Origin: Fervidicoccaceae archaeon
GTDB lineage: Archaea; Thermoproteota; Thermoprotei_A; Sulfolobales; Fervidicoccaceae
Reading direction: 5' to 3'
DNA: 64,000 nt
Assembly: GCA_038734945.1 (NCBI GenBank)
Contig: JAVYOA010000002.1
Coordinates: 310,001 to 374,000, forward strand
A model generated the notes under the pieces. That model was not told the DNA's origin. It worked only from the letters and a program-made list of their open reading frames with translations, and did not search any database. Below are positions 52,999-63,377 of the stretch, one piece after another (within the stretch, counting starts at the first letter, position 1; every line of letters begins with the position of its first letter). The position numbers and the translations under genes are program-made.

Positions 52999-54357
52999 TT
53001 GAGCTCGCTGTTTTCTGGGCTTAGGGAAGCAATAAAGAAGTATTTTTCCAGCACCTCTCCCTACGAGGAGAGCGTTGAGGAGTTCATAAAGGACCTTCAG
53101 AGAACTCTCATAAAGTCTGATGTGAATGTAAAGATAGTTTTTGAGATGTCAAACAGAATAAAGAAGAGGGCTCTTGAGGAAAAGCCTCCTCAGGGAGCTT
53201 CTAGGAAGGATTGGTTTCTAAAGATAGTCTATGAGGAGCTAGTCTCGATTCTTGGAGGAGAGGAAGAGCCTGAGATAATTCCAAGGAAGAGGCCATATGT
53301 AATAATGCTGGTTGGGCTTCAGGGAAGTGGTAAAACAACCACAGCAGCAAAGCTGGCATGGTACTTTAAAACCAGGAAGCTCAAGTCTGGCCTTATTGCA
53401 GCTGATACTTACAGGGCTGGAGCATACGATCAGCTGAAGCAGCTGAGTGAGAAAGTTGGAGCTCTGTTCTATGGAGATCCAAGAGAGAGGGATCCTGTGG
53501 CTATAAGCTTGAGGGGAGTGGAGGAGCTGAAGAAGCAGGGGGTCGATGTCATTATCATTGATACAGCTGGGCGTCATGGCTATGGAAATGAGGCAGATCT
53601 CCTTGAAGAGATGAGGCAAATCGCTTCTGCTGTCAAGCCTGATGAAATAGTAATGGTTCTAGACGCTTCCATTGGACAGAAGGCTTCGGAAATAGCTAAA
53701 AGGTTTCATGAAGCTACTCCAATAGGAAGCATAGTGATATCAAAGATGGATGGAACTGCAAAGGGAGGCGGAGCTCTATCAGCAGTGGCGATGACGGGGG
53801 CAAAGATAAAGTTCATAGGCACTGGAGAGGAAATAAGCGAGATAGAGCCTTTCAGGACTAAAAGCTTTGTATCTAGGATACTTGGACTTGGGGACATTGA
53901 GGGACTTCTGGAGAGAATGAGATCGCTGGAGATAGATAAGGAGGAGCTGGAGAAGCAGGCTGAGGAGATGCTCACAAAGGGCCTAAATATGAAGCTCATA
54001 TACAAGCAATTGATGCAGATAAGAAAGATGGGTCCTCTGAGCAAGGTGCTGAAAATGATTCCCGGGTTTAGCATGAGTATCCCAGATGACAGCGAGCTGG
54101 AAAAGATTGGGGAGGAAAAGTTCGACAGGTGGATCGCAGCCATCAACAGCATGACGTATGAGGAACTGGAGAAGCCGGAATTAATTGAAAGGGAGAAGAG
54201 CAGGCTGAGAAGAATAGCAATTGGTTCAGGAACAAGGGTGGAGGATGTAAGGGAGCTGCTGAAGTACTATGAGGGGACAAGGAGGATGCTGAAGCAGCTC
54301 AAGAGGAAGAAGTCCGTGCTGAAGAAGCTTGAGAAGGAGGGAGAGGGTCTTTTCTGA
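52999..54357 (+). CDS. srp54: Signal recognition particle protein SRP54
   Basis: GLQGSGKTTT, DTAGR, SKMDGTAKGGG, Met-rich M domain (RIAIGSG). Confidence 0.97.
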   Translation: MSSLFSGLREAIKKYFSSTSPYEESVEEFIKDLQRTLIKSDVNVKIVFEMSNRIKKRALEEKPPQGASRKDWFLKIVYEELVSILGGEEEPEIIPRKRPYVIMLVGLQGSGKTTTAAKLAWYFKTRKLKSGLIAADTYRAGAYDQLKQLSEKVGALFYGDPRERDPVAISLRGVEELKKQGVDVIIIDTAGRHGYGNEADLLEEMRQIASAVKPDEIVMVLDASIGQKASEIAKRFHEATPIGSIVISKMDGTAKGGGALSAVAMTGAKIKFIGTGEEISEIEPFRTKSFVSRILGLGDIEGLLERMRSLEIDKEELEKQAEEMLTKGLNMKLIYKQLMQIRKMGPLSKVLKMIPGFSMSIPDDSELEKIGEEKFDRWIAAINSMTYEELEKPELIEREKSRLRRIAIGSGTRVEDVRELLKYYEGTRRMLKQLKRKKSVLKKLEKEGEGLF

Positions 54358-54363
54358 GCTTTC

Positions 54364-55653
54364 GTGGTGGGAATTTTGGGATCCATTCTGGAGGAAGCAG
54401 CCAATGTCATGAAATCATTTCCTCTCTGTGATTCTTGCCTAGGAAGGATGTTCTCAACTCTGATGAGGGGAATGAGCAATGAGGAGAGAGGAAAAGCTCT
54501 GAAGAGAGCTGTTGTAATGGATATACTGTTGAGGATGAAAAGCGGAGAAAAGGATGCCGAAAATAATTTGAGGGAAATTGCCAGATCGCTGGGAGAGGAC
54601 TTCAATGAGACTCTGAAGTCGGTTGGAATGCAGAGAGATGTTGTGCCATGCTATATTTGCGGAAACAATATCAGGGAATGGAAGAAGCTGTATGAGAAAG
54701 CTGTTGAAAGGCTGAAGGAAGTTTCTGCGGAGTCGTTTCTGGTAGGTGTTCGAATACCAAGAGATATTGAGGAAAGGGAGGAGGAAGTTGTGAGAGCTCT
54801 CTCCCTTTATACTGCAGAATCAATTAAATCTGAGCTTAAGAGGGAAATCGGAAAATCCATTTCCATGCGTCTTGGAATACCTGTTGAGTTCAAGACTCCT
54901 GGGGCCGTTGTATATGTTGATGTTGGGAAAAATGATGTTGAGATTGCTGTGAACCCCCTATTCATAAAGGGAAGATATGTGAAGAGCGGAAGGAACATAA
55001 GCCAGATCAGGTGGTTCGATGAGCCATTGAGCAGCGACTCCCTGTCTATAGAAAAGATGATTTCATCGCTTCTGAAAATATACGATGGATCTGAGATTGT
55101 CCTTCATGCCTCTGGTAGGGAGGATGTCGATGTCAGAATGCTTGGGTATGGAAGGCCATTTGTGGTAGAAATTAAGAATCCAAGAAAAAGAAGAGCAAAT
55201 TTAAAGCTTGTCTCGGATATTCTGAACAGATCCTCTCCATATGGTAGATTTTTCATTGAAGGAATTGGAAAGAGGGATGATGTGAGAACCCTTAAGCTTA
55301 TGGATAGGGCCAAACTGAAAGCATATAGGTTCGTGGCTGTTTCAGAGGAGCCAGTGAATGAAGATGATATTGAGAAAATTGCTGCAGGTTTGAGGGGAGC
55401 TACGATAAAGCAGAGAACGCCCACCAGGGTTCTGAAGAGAAGGGCAGACATTGTGAGGAGCAAGAGGATTCACGATATAAGCCTCACAAGAATTGGAGAG
55501 AATGCGATTTTGGGGATTTTGGTAGCCGATGGAGGTCTATATGTGAAGGAGCTCATTTCAGGAGATGATGGGAGAACTGTGCCTAGCTTCTCTAGCTTGA
55601 CTGGAAAGAAAATGAGCTGTGCTGAGCTGGATGTTCTGAAGGTATTTATTTAG
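54364..55653 (+). CDS. pus10: tRNA pseudouridine(54/55) synthase Pus10
   Basis: LCDSCLGR, C.IC, ASGREDVDVRMLG.GRPF, QRTPTRV, GGLYVKELISGD.GRT.PS. Confidence 0.95.
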   Translation: MVGILGSILEEAANVMKSFPLCDSCLGRMFSTLMRGMSNEERGKALKRAVVMDILLRMKSGEKDAENNLREIARSLGEDFNETLKSVGMQRDVVPCYICGNNIREWKKLYEKAVERLKEVSAESFLVGVRIPRDIEEREEEVVRALSLYTAESIKSELKREIGKSISMRLGIPVEFKTPGAVVYVDVGKNDVEIAVNPLFIKGRYVKSGRNISQIRWFDEPLSSDSLSIEKMISSLLKIYDGSEIVLHASGREDVDVRMLGYGRPFVVEIKNPRKRRANLKLVSDILNRSSPYGRFFIEGIGKRDDVRTLKLMDRAKLKAYRFVAVSEEPVNEDDIEKIAAGLRGATIKQRTPTRVLKRRADIVRSKRIHDISLTRIGENAILGILVADGGLYVKELISGDDGRTVPSFSSLTGKKMSCAELDVLKVFI

Positions 55654-56347
55654 ATTCACTTTGGATTCTTCTTAGGGCTCTTCTCAGAACGTGATGGACA
55701 ACGCGAATTTCCATTCTGGATGGAGAAGATTTGTAGATGATTTGTCTGAATGCCCTGCTTGCTCTCTCTACCTTGTGTGGATCTCTGTGAACAAGAGCTG
55801 ATATTTGGGAAAAAGTTGAAATTGTGCTTTCAATGTCTTCCCTCGAAGCAGTTTCAATAATGGGCTCGGTCTTCTTCTTCGCAGTGAGCTCATACAGGTA
55901 TATAGCAACTGAGTTTGATAGGTTCAATGCTGGGTATTCTTCCGATGTTGGTATAGTTGATGCCAAATCGCACTTCGAGAGCTCTTCCCTCGTCAGTCCA
56001 GTGCTTTCCCTTCCGAAAACAAGGCACACATTTTTGTATTTGGAAACCAGTTCAGGTAGATGCAAGGAGGATACTGTGTTTCTCAATATATCATCAGAAG
56101 CCCCTTTAGCTGTAGTGCATATTTTAATATCGCAGCCATTCAGTGCATCTTCAATTGTTACATGCCTAACAATGGAATGATACAGATGCCCTGCTCTTAC
56201 TGCATATCTGAGAACCTCTTCCTCGTTGTACTCTCTAGTTGATACTATATGAATATCCTTGATGCTGAAATTTGCTGCAAGCCTCAATATCATGCCAAGA
56301 TTTACTGATCCCTCTGTATCAACTAGCACCAATCTCAGATTATCCAT
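55646..56347 (-). CDS. trmJ: SPOUT tRNA methyltransferase, TrmJ family
   Basis: N.G.I.R...NF, VFGRESTGLT.EEL, YPALNLS. Confidence 0.88.
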   Translation of the reverse strand: MDNLRLVLVDTEGSVNLGMILRLAANFSIKDIHIVSTREYNEEEVLRYAVRAGHLYHSIVRHVTIEDALNGCDIKICTTAKGASDDILRNTVSSLHLPELVSKYKNVCLVFGRESTGLTREELSKCDLASTIPTSEEYPALNLSNSVAIYLYELTAKKKTEPIIETASREDIESTISTFSQISALVHRDPHKVERASRAFRQIIYKSSPSRMEIRVVHHVLRRALRRIQSESK

Positions 56348-57005
56348 TTTTTTCCCCTCTCAATAGGTAGAGCCTCTCAAAAAAATAATCTCTTTTATCG
56401 ACAACTTCAGTGATGAAATGTAGAGACCTCATTGTCTTCATGATCTCTTCAGCCCCTCCCAGCGAGGAGGATACTAGGAGAACCGTGTATTTTCCGCTAA
56501 GAAGCCCTTCAAGGCTCTTGAGAATTCTCACGGAAGTCTCGGACCCCTTCTTCCCACCATATAAAGCCATATCCAAAAAATAATCTCCAGTTGACTGATC
56601 GTATGGCAGGTATGGGGGATTGATCAGAACCAGATCGAAGTGAGTCCCCCTGCGAATTATGCCATCAATATCTCCAGCAATGATCTCCACAGATTCAGCT
56701 CTCTCTCCTAGAATTTTTCTTAGGTTGAATTGAGATGTTTCACAGGCCTTTGGAGAAATGTCTACTGACATGACATGTGAGGCTCCTCTTTCGACAGCAA
56801 AAATGGAGAGAATTCCGCTGCCGCTGCCTATATCGAGAACCCTAGCATTCTCAAGCAAGCTAACATTTTTCTCTAAATAGGAGAGAATCATGTATGTATC
56901 ATCGCTTGGGTCATATACTGATGGGGGGATGCATAAGCTGTATCCCCATCTTAGCTTCTCTGGGCTCCCATCAGGGCAGCTCTTGCCAGCTCCTCCATTT
57001 GCCAT
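56340..57005 (-). CDS. HemK2/MTQ2 family protein methyltransferase
   Basis: VYDPSDDT, LDIGSGSG, NPPYLP, GG..G, FFERL. Confidence 0.88.
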   Translation of the reverse strand: MANGGAGKSCPDGSPEKLRWGYSLCIPPSVYDPSDDTYMILSYLEKNVSLLENARVLDIGSGSGILSIFAVERGASHVMSVDISPKACETSQFNLRKILGERAESVEIIAGDIDGIIRRGTHFDLVLINPPYLPYDQSTGDYFLDMALYGGKKGSETSVRILKSLEGLLSGKYTVLLVSSSLGGAEEIMKTMRSLHFITEVVDKRDYFFERLYLLRGEKNG

Positions 57006-57844
57006 GGTGCTATCTCCCTCACTCTCAGATTCTCGACCTCTCTGAGAATGCTCCTTCCAGTTTCAACATCTATTTTCAAATTGAGCCTCTCCATGCAGAA
57101 TGGAACCACCTTTCTGGCAACCCTATTTCTCTGGGAAAACAAACATCCGCTGATTTTCTCCAGAATTGAATGCAGAACATTATCATAATCTCTTTTTCTC
57201 ACAAGTCTGATTACTGTTACGCTAACTTTTGGTCTGGGAGCGAAGCAGTTTGAACTGAAGGTCCCCTTCATTTCCCTCTCAAACAATAGAGAGGAGAGAA
57301 CGGAAATTCTCCCATAGTTCTCATCTCCAGGAGAGGCAGCAATCCTCATTGCCACTTCACTCTGAACTCCGAGAACTGATTCCCTAATGCTGTTGTTCCT
57401 GGCTATCTCCAGAAAAATGGGGACAGAAAGGGAAAATGGTGTGCTGGAAATCACAAGGGGTATTCTTGTCCTTCGAAGAATCTCTATTCCATCTCCCAAA
57501 ACTAAGGCAACTCTGCTGGATTCTACATTCTTCGATGCAAGCTCGAAGAGCCGGGGATCCTTCTCTACTGAAATTACAAAACCCCTCATTCTGCTTATAA
57601 GGAAAGCTGTTAAGAAGCCTATCCCAGTTCCAATTTCTAGAATTTCGTTGTATTGAGAGGAGGCCGAGGAGCTCAATGTCTCAAGATAATCTCTACTTAC
57701 GGCGAAGTTCTGGCCAAGTCTTCTAGAGGGCCTAATGCCTGCTTCTTTCAAGAAATGTCTTGTTATTTTTCTCAGGCCATCGCTTGAGATTTTTGAAGCA
57801 AATTCCTCTGAGATTATAGCTTGAGGATTTCTCATGGAAATCAA
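56951..57844 (-). CDS. ksgA: 16S rRNA dimethyladenosine transferase KsgA/Dim1
   Basis: LGQNF, EIGTGIG.LT, EKD, Q.EVA.R..A.PG..NYGRISV, F.PRPKV. Confidence 0.9.
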   Translation of the reverse strand: MISMRNPQAIISEEFASKISSDGLRKITRHFLKEAGIRPSRRLGQNFAVSRDYLETLSSSASSQYNEILEIGTGIGFLTAFLISRMRGFVISVEKDPRLFELASKNVESSRVALVLGDGIEILRRTRIPLVISSTPFSLSVPIFLEIARNNSIRESVLGVQSEVAMRIAASPGDENYGRISVLSSLLFEREMKGTFSSNCFAPRPKVSVTVIRLVRKRDYDNVLHSILEKISGCLFSQRNRVARKVVPFCMERLNLKIDVETGRSILREVENLRVREIAPWQMEELARAALMGAQRS

Positions 57845-58521
57845 TCTGCATATATGGACTCAAGAACTCTTAGATATACAGCGTCCTTCTCAGCAATCTT
57901 TGGTTTAATGAAAAGATAGTACCTCTCCCCTCCCTCGAGCTCTTTTATTATTCTGCTCGCTATTATGCTCTCAATGTTGTGGAGCTTTACTCCTCTTAGA
58001 GCCAGTCTATCCTCGACTTCCTTCAGAGATTTAAACGGTGCCCTCTTTCTCTCATCGAGAATTATGTTTAGGGTTCTCTTTCCTATGCCTGGGAGGAGCT
58101 CGAGGGAGTGCATTCTCAGTGTAATTGCTCCCAATGTGTTGAAAATCTTCACGAAGGCCTTCTCGTTCTCCTTAATTATGTTTGAGAGGACAGTGAGGAG
58201 ATTCGATTTTGAGACAGAAGTTAGATCGGAGTAATCTATCGGTCCAGTAATTGATCTTATAGGACCCTTTCCTATATAATCGGATCCGATGTAGATTTTT
58301 TCCCCCACCTCAAACGTTTCTCCTTCCGGAACTACAAGCTCAACAAGCGTAAAGAACTTAACACCAACAGCCTGAGCAAGGGGAACCCTCCTGTGCTCGG
58401 GATGCCTATCGAATGGATTCCCTTGGGGGAGGTAATCCAGAATTGCGGCAGTATCATCTGGTATCTCTCCTTTTCTACCGAAATATGGTGGGAATCTTCC
58501 TTCACCGGGTCCTCTCTGCAT
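57841..58521 (-). CDS. DUF655 family predicted RNA-binding protein
   Basis: LDYLP.G, AQA.G..FFTL.EL, ITLRMHSLELLPGIGK (HhH), RYYLF. Confidence 0.9.
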   Translation of the reverse strand: MQRGPGEGRFPPYFGRKGEIPDDTAAILDYLPQGNPFDRHPEHRRVPLAQAVGVKFFTLVELVVPEGETFEVGEKIYIGSDYIGKGPIRSITGPIDYSDLTSVSKSNLLTVLSNIIKENEKAFVKIFNTLGAITLRMHSLELLPGIGKRTLNIILDERKRAPFKSLKEVEDRLALRGVKLHNIESIIASRIIKELEGGERYYLFIKPKIAEKDAVYLRVLESIYAD

Positions 58522-58782
58522 TTCGAACCTCCACCGCCAGCTATTTTTCAATTTGCTAATTCAATCTATATTTGGGCTATAGACATGAATATGGTGTTTT
58601 TCCATAAATATCTACTGCATGCAGCACCTCTATATACCCTCCCTATATTTGAGGTGGGGGAGCATAGCTTCCTTGGCAGCCTGTTCTTTTTGCACCTCAT
58701 TTTCATTTATGATTTCTCTTGCAGTTTTCTCCATATTGCTCGCTCACCAGAGAAGTAAAGTATTTGAGATAGTTTCTCAGTG

Positions 58783-59133
58783 TTAGCTAGAACATTTGGA
58801 TAGCGCTTCTGCTATCCTCTTTACATCTTCCAAAGACATGGATTGGCTCTCAGGTGGCAGAAGGGCCCTTATTTCTGCCTCATCTCTGGGGAGAACATTC
58901 AGGAGCATGATTGCTAATTCCTTGCTCACGCCTATTTCTTCAAGCTCTTTCAGAACTTCGCGTGAAGTTTCATAGCTACAGTCGAATAGAATGCGGGAGA
59001 GAGTTTCGTCGGTTCTGAGAACCAATGGATTGGATTCGGAGGCCTGTGATAACAGCTTCTCCCTAAGGATCTTAATTGCCTCATAGTTGTCGATTGGATG
59101 GGATTCAAGAACTTTTTTTATCAAGGTAACCAT
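58783..59133 (-). CDS. rpo4: RNA polymerase subunit Rpo4 (RpoF)
   Basis: LLNVLPRDEAEIRALL HRDC-like motif; conserved position after rpl21e. Confidence 0.85.
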   Translation of the reverse strand: MVTLIKKVLESHPIDNYEAIKILREKLLSQASESNPLVLRTDETLSRILFDCSYETSREVLKELEEIGVSKELAIMLLNVLPRDEAEIRALLPPESQSMSLEDVKRIAEALSKCSS

Positions 59134-59152
59134 CTCTCAAATTGATGATGCT

Positions 59153-59464
59153 TCAAGAAAAAGTAGTACCCTGAACGGGTCTGAGGTGCTCTGGTCTGAC
59201 AAACAGCGTTTTTCTAATGCTGCCTTCCTGGAGCACTGCTACGTATGCTCTCCCTCTTCTCCCTACTATTTCGACAGTTCTTCCGTGATACCTTCTGTGC
59301 GGCATTCCGTGATGAACTGACGGGTTTATCTTTATAACTGCTTTATCTCCAGGCTTGTAATCCAGCATGAGCAAGCTAAGCGGAGGAACTGCCCCCCTTT
59401 CCCTTATTTCCTTTTTCAGGAGCTTCCTAGTTCTGTGCCTCAGTCCTCTTGAAGCTCTTACCAT
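59153..59464 (-). CDS. rpl21e: 50S ribosomal protein L21e
   Basis: G.R.RTRKLL, INPSVH.GMPHRRYHGRT, RPEHL. Confidence 0.97.
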   Translation of the reverse strand: MVRASRGLRHRTRKLLKKEIRERGAVPPLSLLMLDYKPGDKAVIKINPSVHHGMPHRRYHGRTVEIVGRRGRAYVAVLQEGSIRKTLFVRPEHLRPVQGTTFS

Positions 59465-59685
59465 GGATTTATCACATCCTTATTGCTAATTGGATAATCC
59501 TACCTAGCTTTTCTGAATCAATTACGTGGAAACTGTTTAATAACGTTTATGTTGTGCTCATTGGTGAGATCAGATATTCAAGCTGCTTCTGCCGCTGAAT
59601 AGAAAGAGCGGAGATAGCCTTTCCAAAATGAATGAAAATATTAATTAACTGAGTAGAGAAATTCTTGCTGTGCGAGTTGATCTAT

Positions 59686-60198
59686 ATGCCAATGAGACCT
59701 GCCAGATGCTATACCCATTTCAGCTCTCCACCGTATACTAGAAAAGAGTATATCCCGGGAGTCCCGCAGCCGAAGATATCGAAGTTCGAGATGGGAAATC
59801 CAAAGGTAGAAGGAGATTATTTGGTAAAATTGATAGTTCTTGAGGATGGACAAATAAGGCATAATGCCCTTGAGGCTATGAGAGTTGCTGCCCATAAGCT
59901 CTTGACCTCGAAGCTTGGAGAAGAGAACTTCTACTTGAAGGTTGTCAGGTATCCTCATCACGTCATAAGAGAGAACAAGATGATGGCATTTGCAGGAGCA
60001 GACAGGCTCCAGGATGGAATGAGGCTTTCCTTCGGGAAGCCAATAGGCACAGCAGCCAGAGTGTATAAAGGGTATGAAGTACTGGAGGTTATAGTAAAGA
60101 AGGAGCATCTAGAGATAGCAAAGAGAGCGGCTAAGGTGGCTTCATCTAAGATCCCCCTGCCATCCAAGATAGAGATCGAGGAAATAGAAAAGAACTGA
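59686..60198 (+). CDS. rpl10e: 50S ribosomal protein L10e (uL16)
   Basis: [27 protein letters not shown]...[20 protein letters not shown]. Confidence 0.97.
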   Translation: MPMRPARCYTHFSSPPYTRKEYIPGVPQPKISKFEMGNPKVEGDYLVKLIVLEDGQIRHNALEAMRVAAHKLLTSKLGEENFYLKVVRYPHHVIRENKMMAFAGADRLQDGMRLSFGKPIGTAARVYKGYEVLEVIVKKEHLEIAKRAAKVASSKIPLPSKIEIEEIEKN

Positions 60199-60300
60199 GC
60201 TGCTGTTTTCTTCTGCTGAGAAGCCAGCGTGATAGGTCAGGATTTCTTATATTTACTCTTTGTAATAGTAGAATAGCTACTTTCTGACAAGAGCATGAAG

Positions 60301-61575
60301 CTAGAAAAAGATTATGAAAAGCAAGTATACTACGAGGTTAACAGCTGTAACCAATGCTCCTACTCTAAGGAACGTTGTGAATTTTATGGTTGTATTGAAC
60401 TTGCTTTCAACAACCTCAAGTATTATTATGTTAGATGCTGCTCCAAATAGAGTTAAATTTCCAGCAATAGTTGAGGACATTGCAAGGGATACCCATGCCT
60501 TAACATCCTCTCCAGTGAATCCAAGAGCATTCATGTAATTTATGAAGAGCTTGACAAAAGGCACATTGCTTAGTAGCTGGCTAAGTATTATTGATGTAGT
60601 GGAAATTGCAATGGGCTCGAATAGAGTGTTTGGCTTGCTTTTCATGAAAAGGGATATCAAGTCGCTCGAGACTCCGCTGTTCCATATCCCCTGCATTGCT
60701 ATGAACATTGTTATGAAGAACATTATTGTCCCCCAGTCAATTTCCTTAATTACTTTTCTGGGCTCCTCTACAAAGAAGTACATGGCTGAAGCTACAAGAA
60801 AGGGTATGAATCCTATTTCCTCGATGTGAGGCTCTCCTCTCAACCTAAATATGTCGTTGGCGAGCATTAGAGATATGACTGAAATGAGGGAGAGGGAAGC
60901 AATTAGTGCATCCCTTTTGTTCTTCAGGCTCTCCTCTGCTATGAGGCCAATCTCAATCCCTTTCCTTGGGACCTTGAGAAGAAATGAAATGATCAGAGGG
61001 GTAATGATTAGATTGATGAGCGTTGGAACGAATAAGTAAGACATGAAAGATATGAAAGGGGCCTTCATGCCAGAGCTCACGGAGATCAGAACGTTCTGCG
61101 GATTTCCTATTGGAGTTGTAGCTGAGCCTATAGTTATGGAGAATGCTAGAACAAGGAGGAGGGCTTCAAGAGAAATACCAGTGGCTCTTGATATAGTGTA
61201 TATTATGGGGGGACCCATTACAGCTATAGTATCATTGACAGCAAATGCTGCCATTAGACCGAATACAATAGAAGAAACAATCATTATGCTATATGTTGAT
61301 TTGAGCTTTGTTATGAACCAGTACGATAGGAGGCTCAGAAGGCCAGAGGATTCAGCGAGCGAAACAATGCTGAACATGCCGATGAGAAAGAATATTACAT
61401 TGAGATCTATCACCGTTGGCAGCTCCTCTATGCTGACCAGCTTACCAATGATGCTGAGAAAAGCGAGAAATGACATGAAAGCCCACACGGGCATTTTTGG
61501 ATTTCTAGATCTGAGCATGAGGAAGGATATCAGCATTATTAGCATCAGCCAGCCCAGAAGATACTGATATGTCAA
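60301..61575 (-). CDS. SLC13/ArsB-NhaD superfamily anion permease
   Basis: ~11-12 TM; ID..VI.FL.GMF, NDT, IGS..TPIGNPQN, LSNVP, ST.AGNLT..GAASN. Confidence 0.88.
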   Translation of the reverse strand: MTYQYLLGWLMLIMLISFLMLRSRNPKMPVWAFMSFLAFLSIIGKLVSIEELPTVIDLNVIFFLIGMFSIVSLAESSGLLSLLSYWFITKLKSTYSIMIVSSIVFGLMAAFAVNDTIAVMGPPIIYTISRATGISLEALLLVLAFSITIGSATTPIGNPQNVLISVSSGMKAPFISFMSYLFVPTLINLIITPLIISFLLKVPRKGIEIGLIAEESLKNKRDALIASLSLISVISLMLANDIFRLRGEPHIEEIGFIPFLVASAMYFFVEEPRKVIKEIDWGTIMFFITMFIAMQGIWNSGVSSDLISLFMKSKPNTLFEPIAISTTSIILSQLLSNVPFVKLFINYMNALGFTGEDVKAWVSLAMSSTIAGNLTLFGAASNIIILEVVESKFNTTIKFTTFLRVGALVTAVNLVVYLLFIIFF

Positions 61576-61721
61576 GAGAGCTCACCGGCTATGAATCAAG
61601 AATGGAAAAAGAGCTTATTAATGGTTCATTTGCGACAAAAAGCAATCTGTTAAATTTAGTTATAACGAAAATATATGAATGCAATAGATTGCACAGCGGG
61701 AGTGCCTTGGAGGCTGGCAAA

Positions 61722-62753
61722 ATGTCAATTGATGATGAAATGCTCTATGATTTCGAACTGGATTCGCTAATAGAAAAGCTAAGAGGAGCAAAGAGGATCC
61801 TCGTTCAGATTCCTGATGGGCTGAAAATGTACTTTCCAGTAATAGAGAAGCAATTATCAAGCTCGCTTGGAAGTGAAGTCATTCTATCGATTAACAGCAG
61901 TTTTGGTGGATGCGATCTGGACATACATGAGGCGCTTCTCCTAAAAGCAGATGCATTAGTTCACTTTGGTCATAGCGAGTACTCTCTCCAGGAAGTTCCA
62001 TACGAGGCTGAGAAATTGAAAGTTCTGTTTGTTCCCGTTTACTATAAGGGAGATATTGGGGATGAACTAATCTTGGAGGCTGCAGAGAAGCTGAGGGCTG
62101 CTGGAGCACAACGACCCGTCATCGGCGCTTCCGTACAGCATGTGAGGCTTATACCGAAAGTATATGAGAGGCTGAGCTCCCTCGGATTCTCACCAAGAAT
62201 TTCGTCTGGAAAAAGAATGTTTTCTGGACAGATAGTAGGATGCGATTATACAGCTCTGATCTCTGCTGTGGATTCCGATTCCGCTCTGATAATAAGCGGG
62301 GGACTCTTCCATGCTCTTGGTGCTTCTTTTGCCTTCAGAGGGCCAGTGATTCAAGTGGATCCATATGCGGGAAAGGTGAGGAACATGGAGGAAGAAAGAA
62401 CAAAGTGGATGAAGAGAAGGTATGCAGAGATGATGAGGGCAAGGGAAGCAAGAATGTGGGGTATTATAATTGGAACGATGATAGGACAGTATAGACCATC
62501 TATACTCGAAAGGCTTAAGAGGAGAATTGTTGAGAGGGGCATGAAATACAGATTGTTTGCTTCTCACATTCTGAAGAGAGAGAACTTACTTAACTTGGCA
62601 AATTATGATATAGATGCTTTTGTGGTCACATCGTGTCCAAGAATCCCAATAGATGACTTCACGCTTGATCCGATGGAAAAGCCGGTCCTCACTCCTGGAG
62701 AAGCTCTATCTGTTATTGAGGGGAAATTGGAGGTATATAGGTTTCCTTGGTAG
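61722..62753 (+). CDS. dph2: Diphthamide biosynthesis enzyme Dph2
   Basis: QIPDGLK, FGGCD, HFGH, GQIVGC, GGLFH, GQY, TSCPRIPIDD, PVLTP.E; start ATG 61722 after GGAGG. Confidence 0.93.
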   Translation: MSIDDEMLYDFELDSLIEKLRGAKRILVQIPDGLKMYFPVIEKQLSSSLGSEVILSINSSFGGCDLDIHEALLLKADALVHFGHSEYSLQEVPYEAEKLKVLFVPVYYKGDIGDELILEAAEKLRAAGAQRPVIGASVQHVRLIPKVYERLSSLGFSPRISSGKRMFSGQIVGCDYTALISAVDSDSALIISGGLFHALGASFAFRGPVIQVDPYAGKVRNMEEERTKWMKRRYAEMMRAREARMWGIIIGTMIGQYRPSILERLKRRIVERGMKYRLFASHILKRENLLNLANYDIDAFVVTSCPRIPIDDFTLDPMEKPVLTPGEALSVIEGKLEVYRFPW

Positions 62754-63376
62754 AAGGAACAATTGATAAAAAGAAATTGGAGATCATGCTAGATAAGCTT
62801 GAGGGAAAGCTTAAACCGCTGCCGAATCTTGAGCAGCACAGAACGCCAGGATGGATAGCAGCAGACATAGTTTGGACAGCAAGACAGTCTGGAATGCTCC
62901 TAAATAAGAGAATTTTGGACCTAGGGTCTGGAGTAGGGATCTTCTGCATAGCCTCTCTGCTTGCTGGAGCTTCCGAATGCATTTCCATCGAGATCGATCC
63001 AGATTCAATTGAGGTCCAAAGAAGGAACTTGGCCATGTATGAATTGCAGGATGATGCGCATGTTATATTGGGGGATGCTAAACATCTTCCATTGAGAGAG
63101 AGCATATGCGATTTGGCTCTGATGAACCCTCCTTTTGGGACTGTAAAAAAAGGAGATGATGTTGCTTTTCTTTATTCCGCTGTTTCAGCCTGCAGAGCAG
63201 CCTTAAGTCTTCACCTCTCCAGCGAAAAGACCAGGGAATTCATCTACAGAGAGATGGAAAAGATTGGAAAGAAGAGCAAAGTGTTAAAAACGTATAAAAT
63301 GGAGTTAAAACAAATATTCGAATATCACAGATCTAGAATAAAGAGGATAAGCGTGGATCTATATTTGGTGGAGTGA
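62747..63376 (+). CDS. METTL5 family methyltransferase
   Basis: LEQH.TP...A, DLGSG.G, EID, MNPPFG, F.YH. Confidence 0.9.
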   Translation: MVEGTIDKKKLEIMLDKLEGKLKPLPNLEQHRTPGWIAADIVWTARQSGMLLNKRILDLGSGVGIFCIASLLAGASECISIEIDPDSIEVQRRNLAMYELQDDAHVILGDAKHLPLRESICDLALMNPPFGTVKKGDDVAFLYSAVSACRAALSLHLSSEKTREFIYREMEKIGKKSKVLKTYKMELKQIFEYHRSRIKRISVDLYLVE

Positions 63377-63377
63377 T

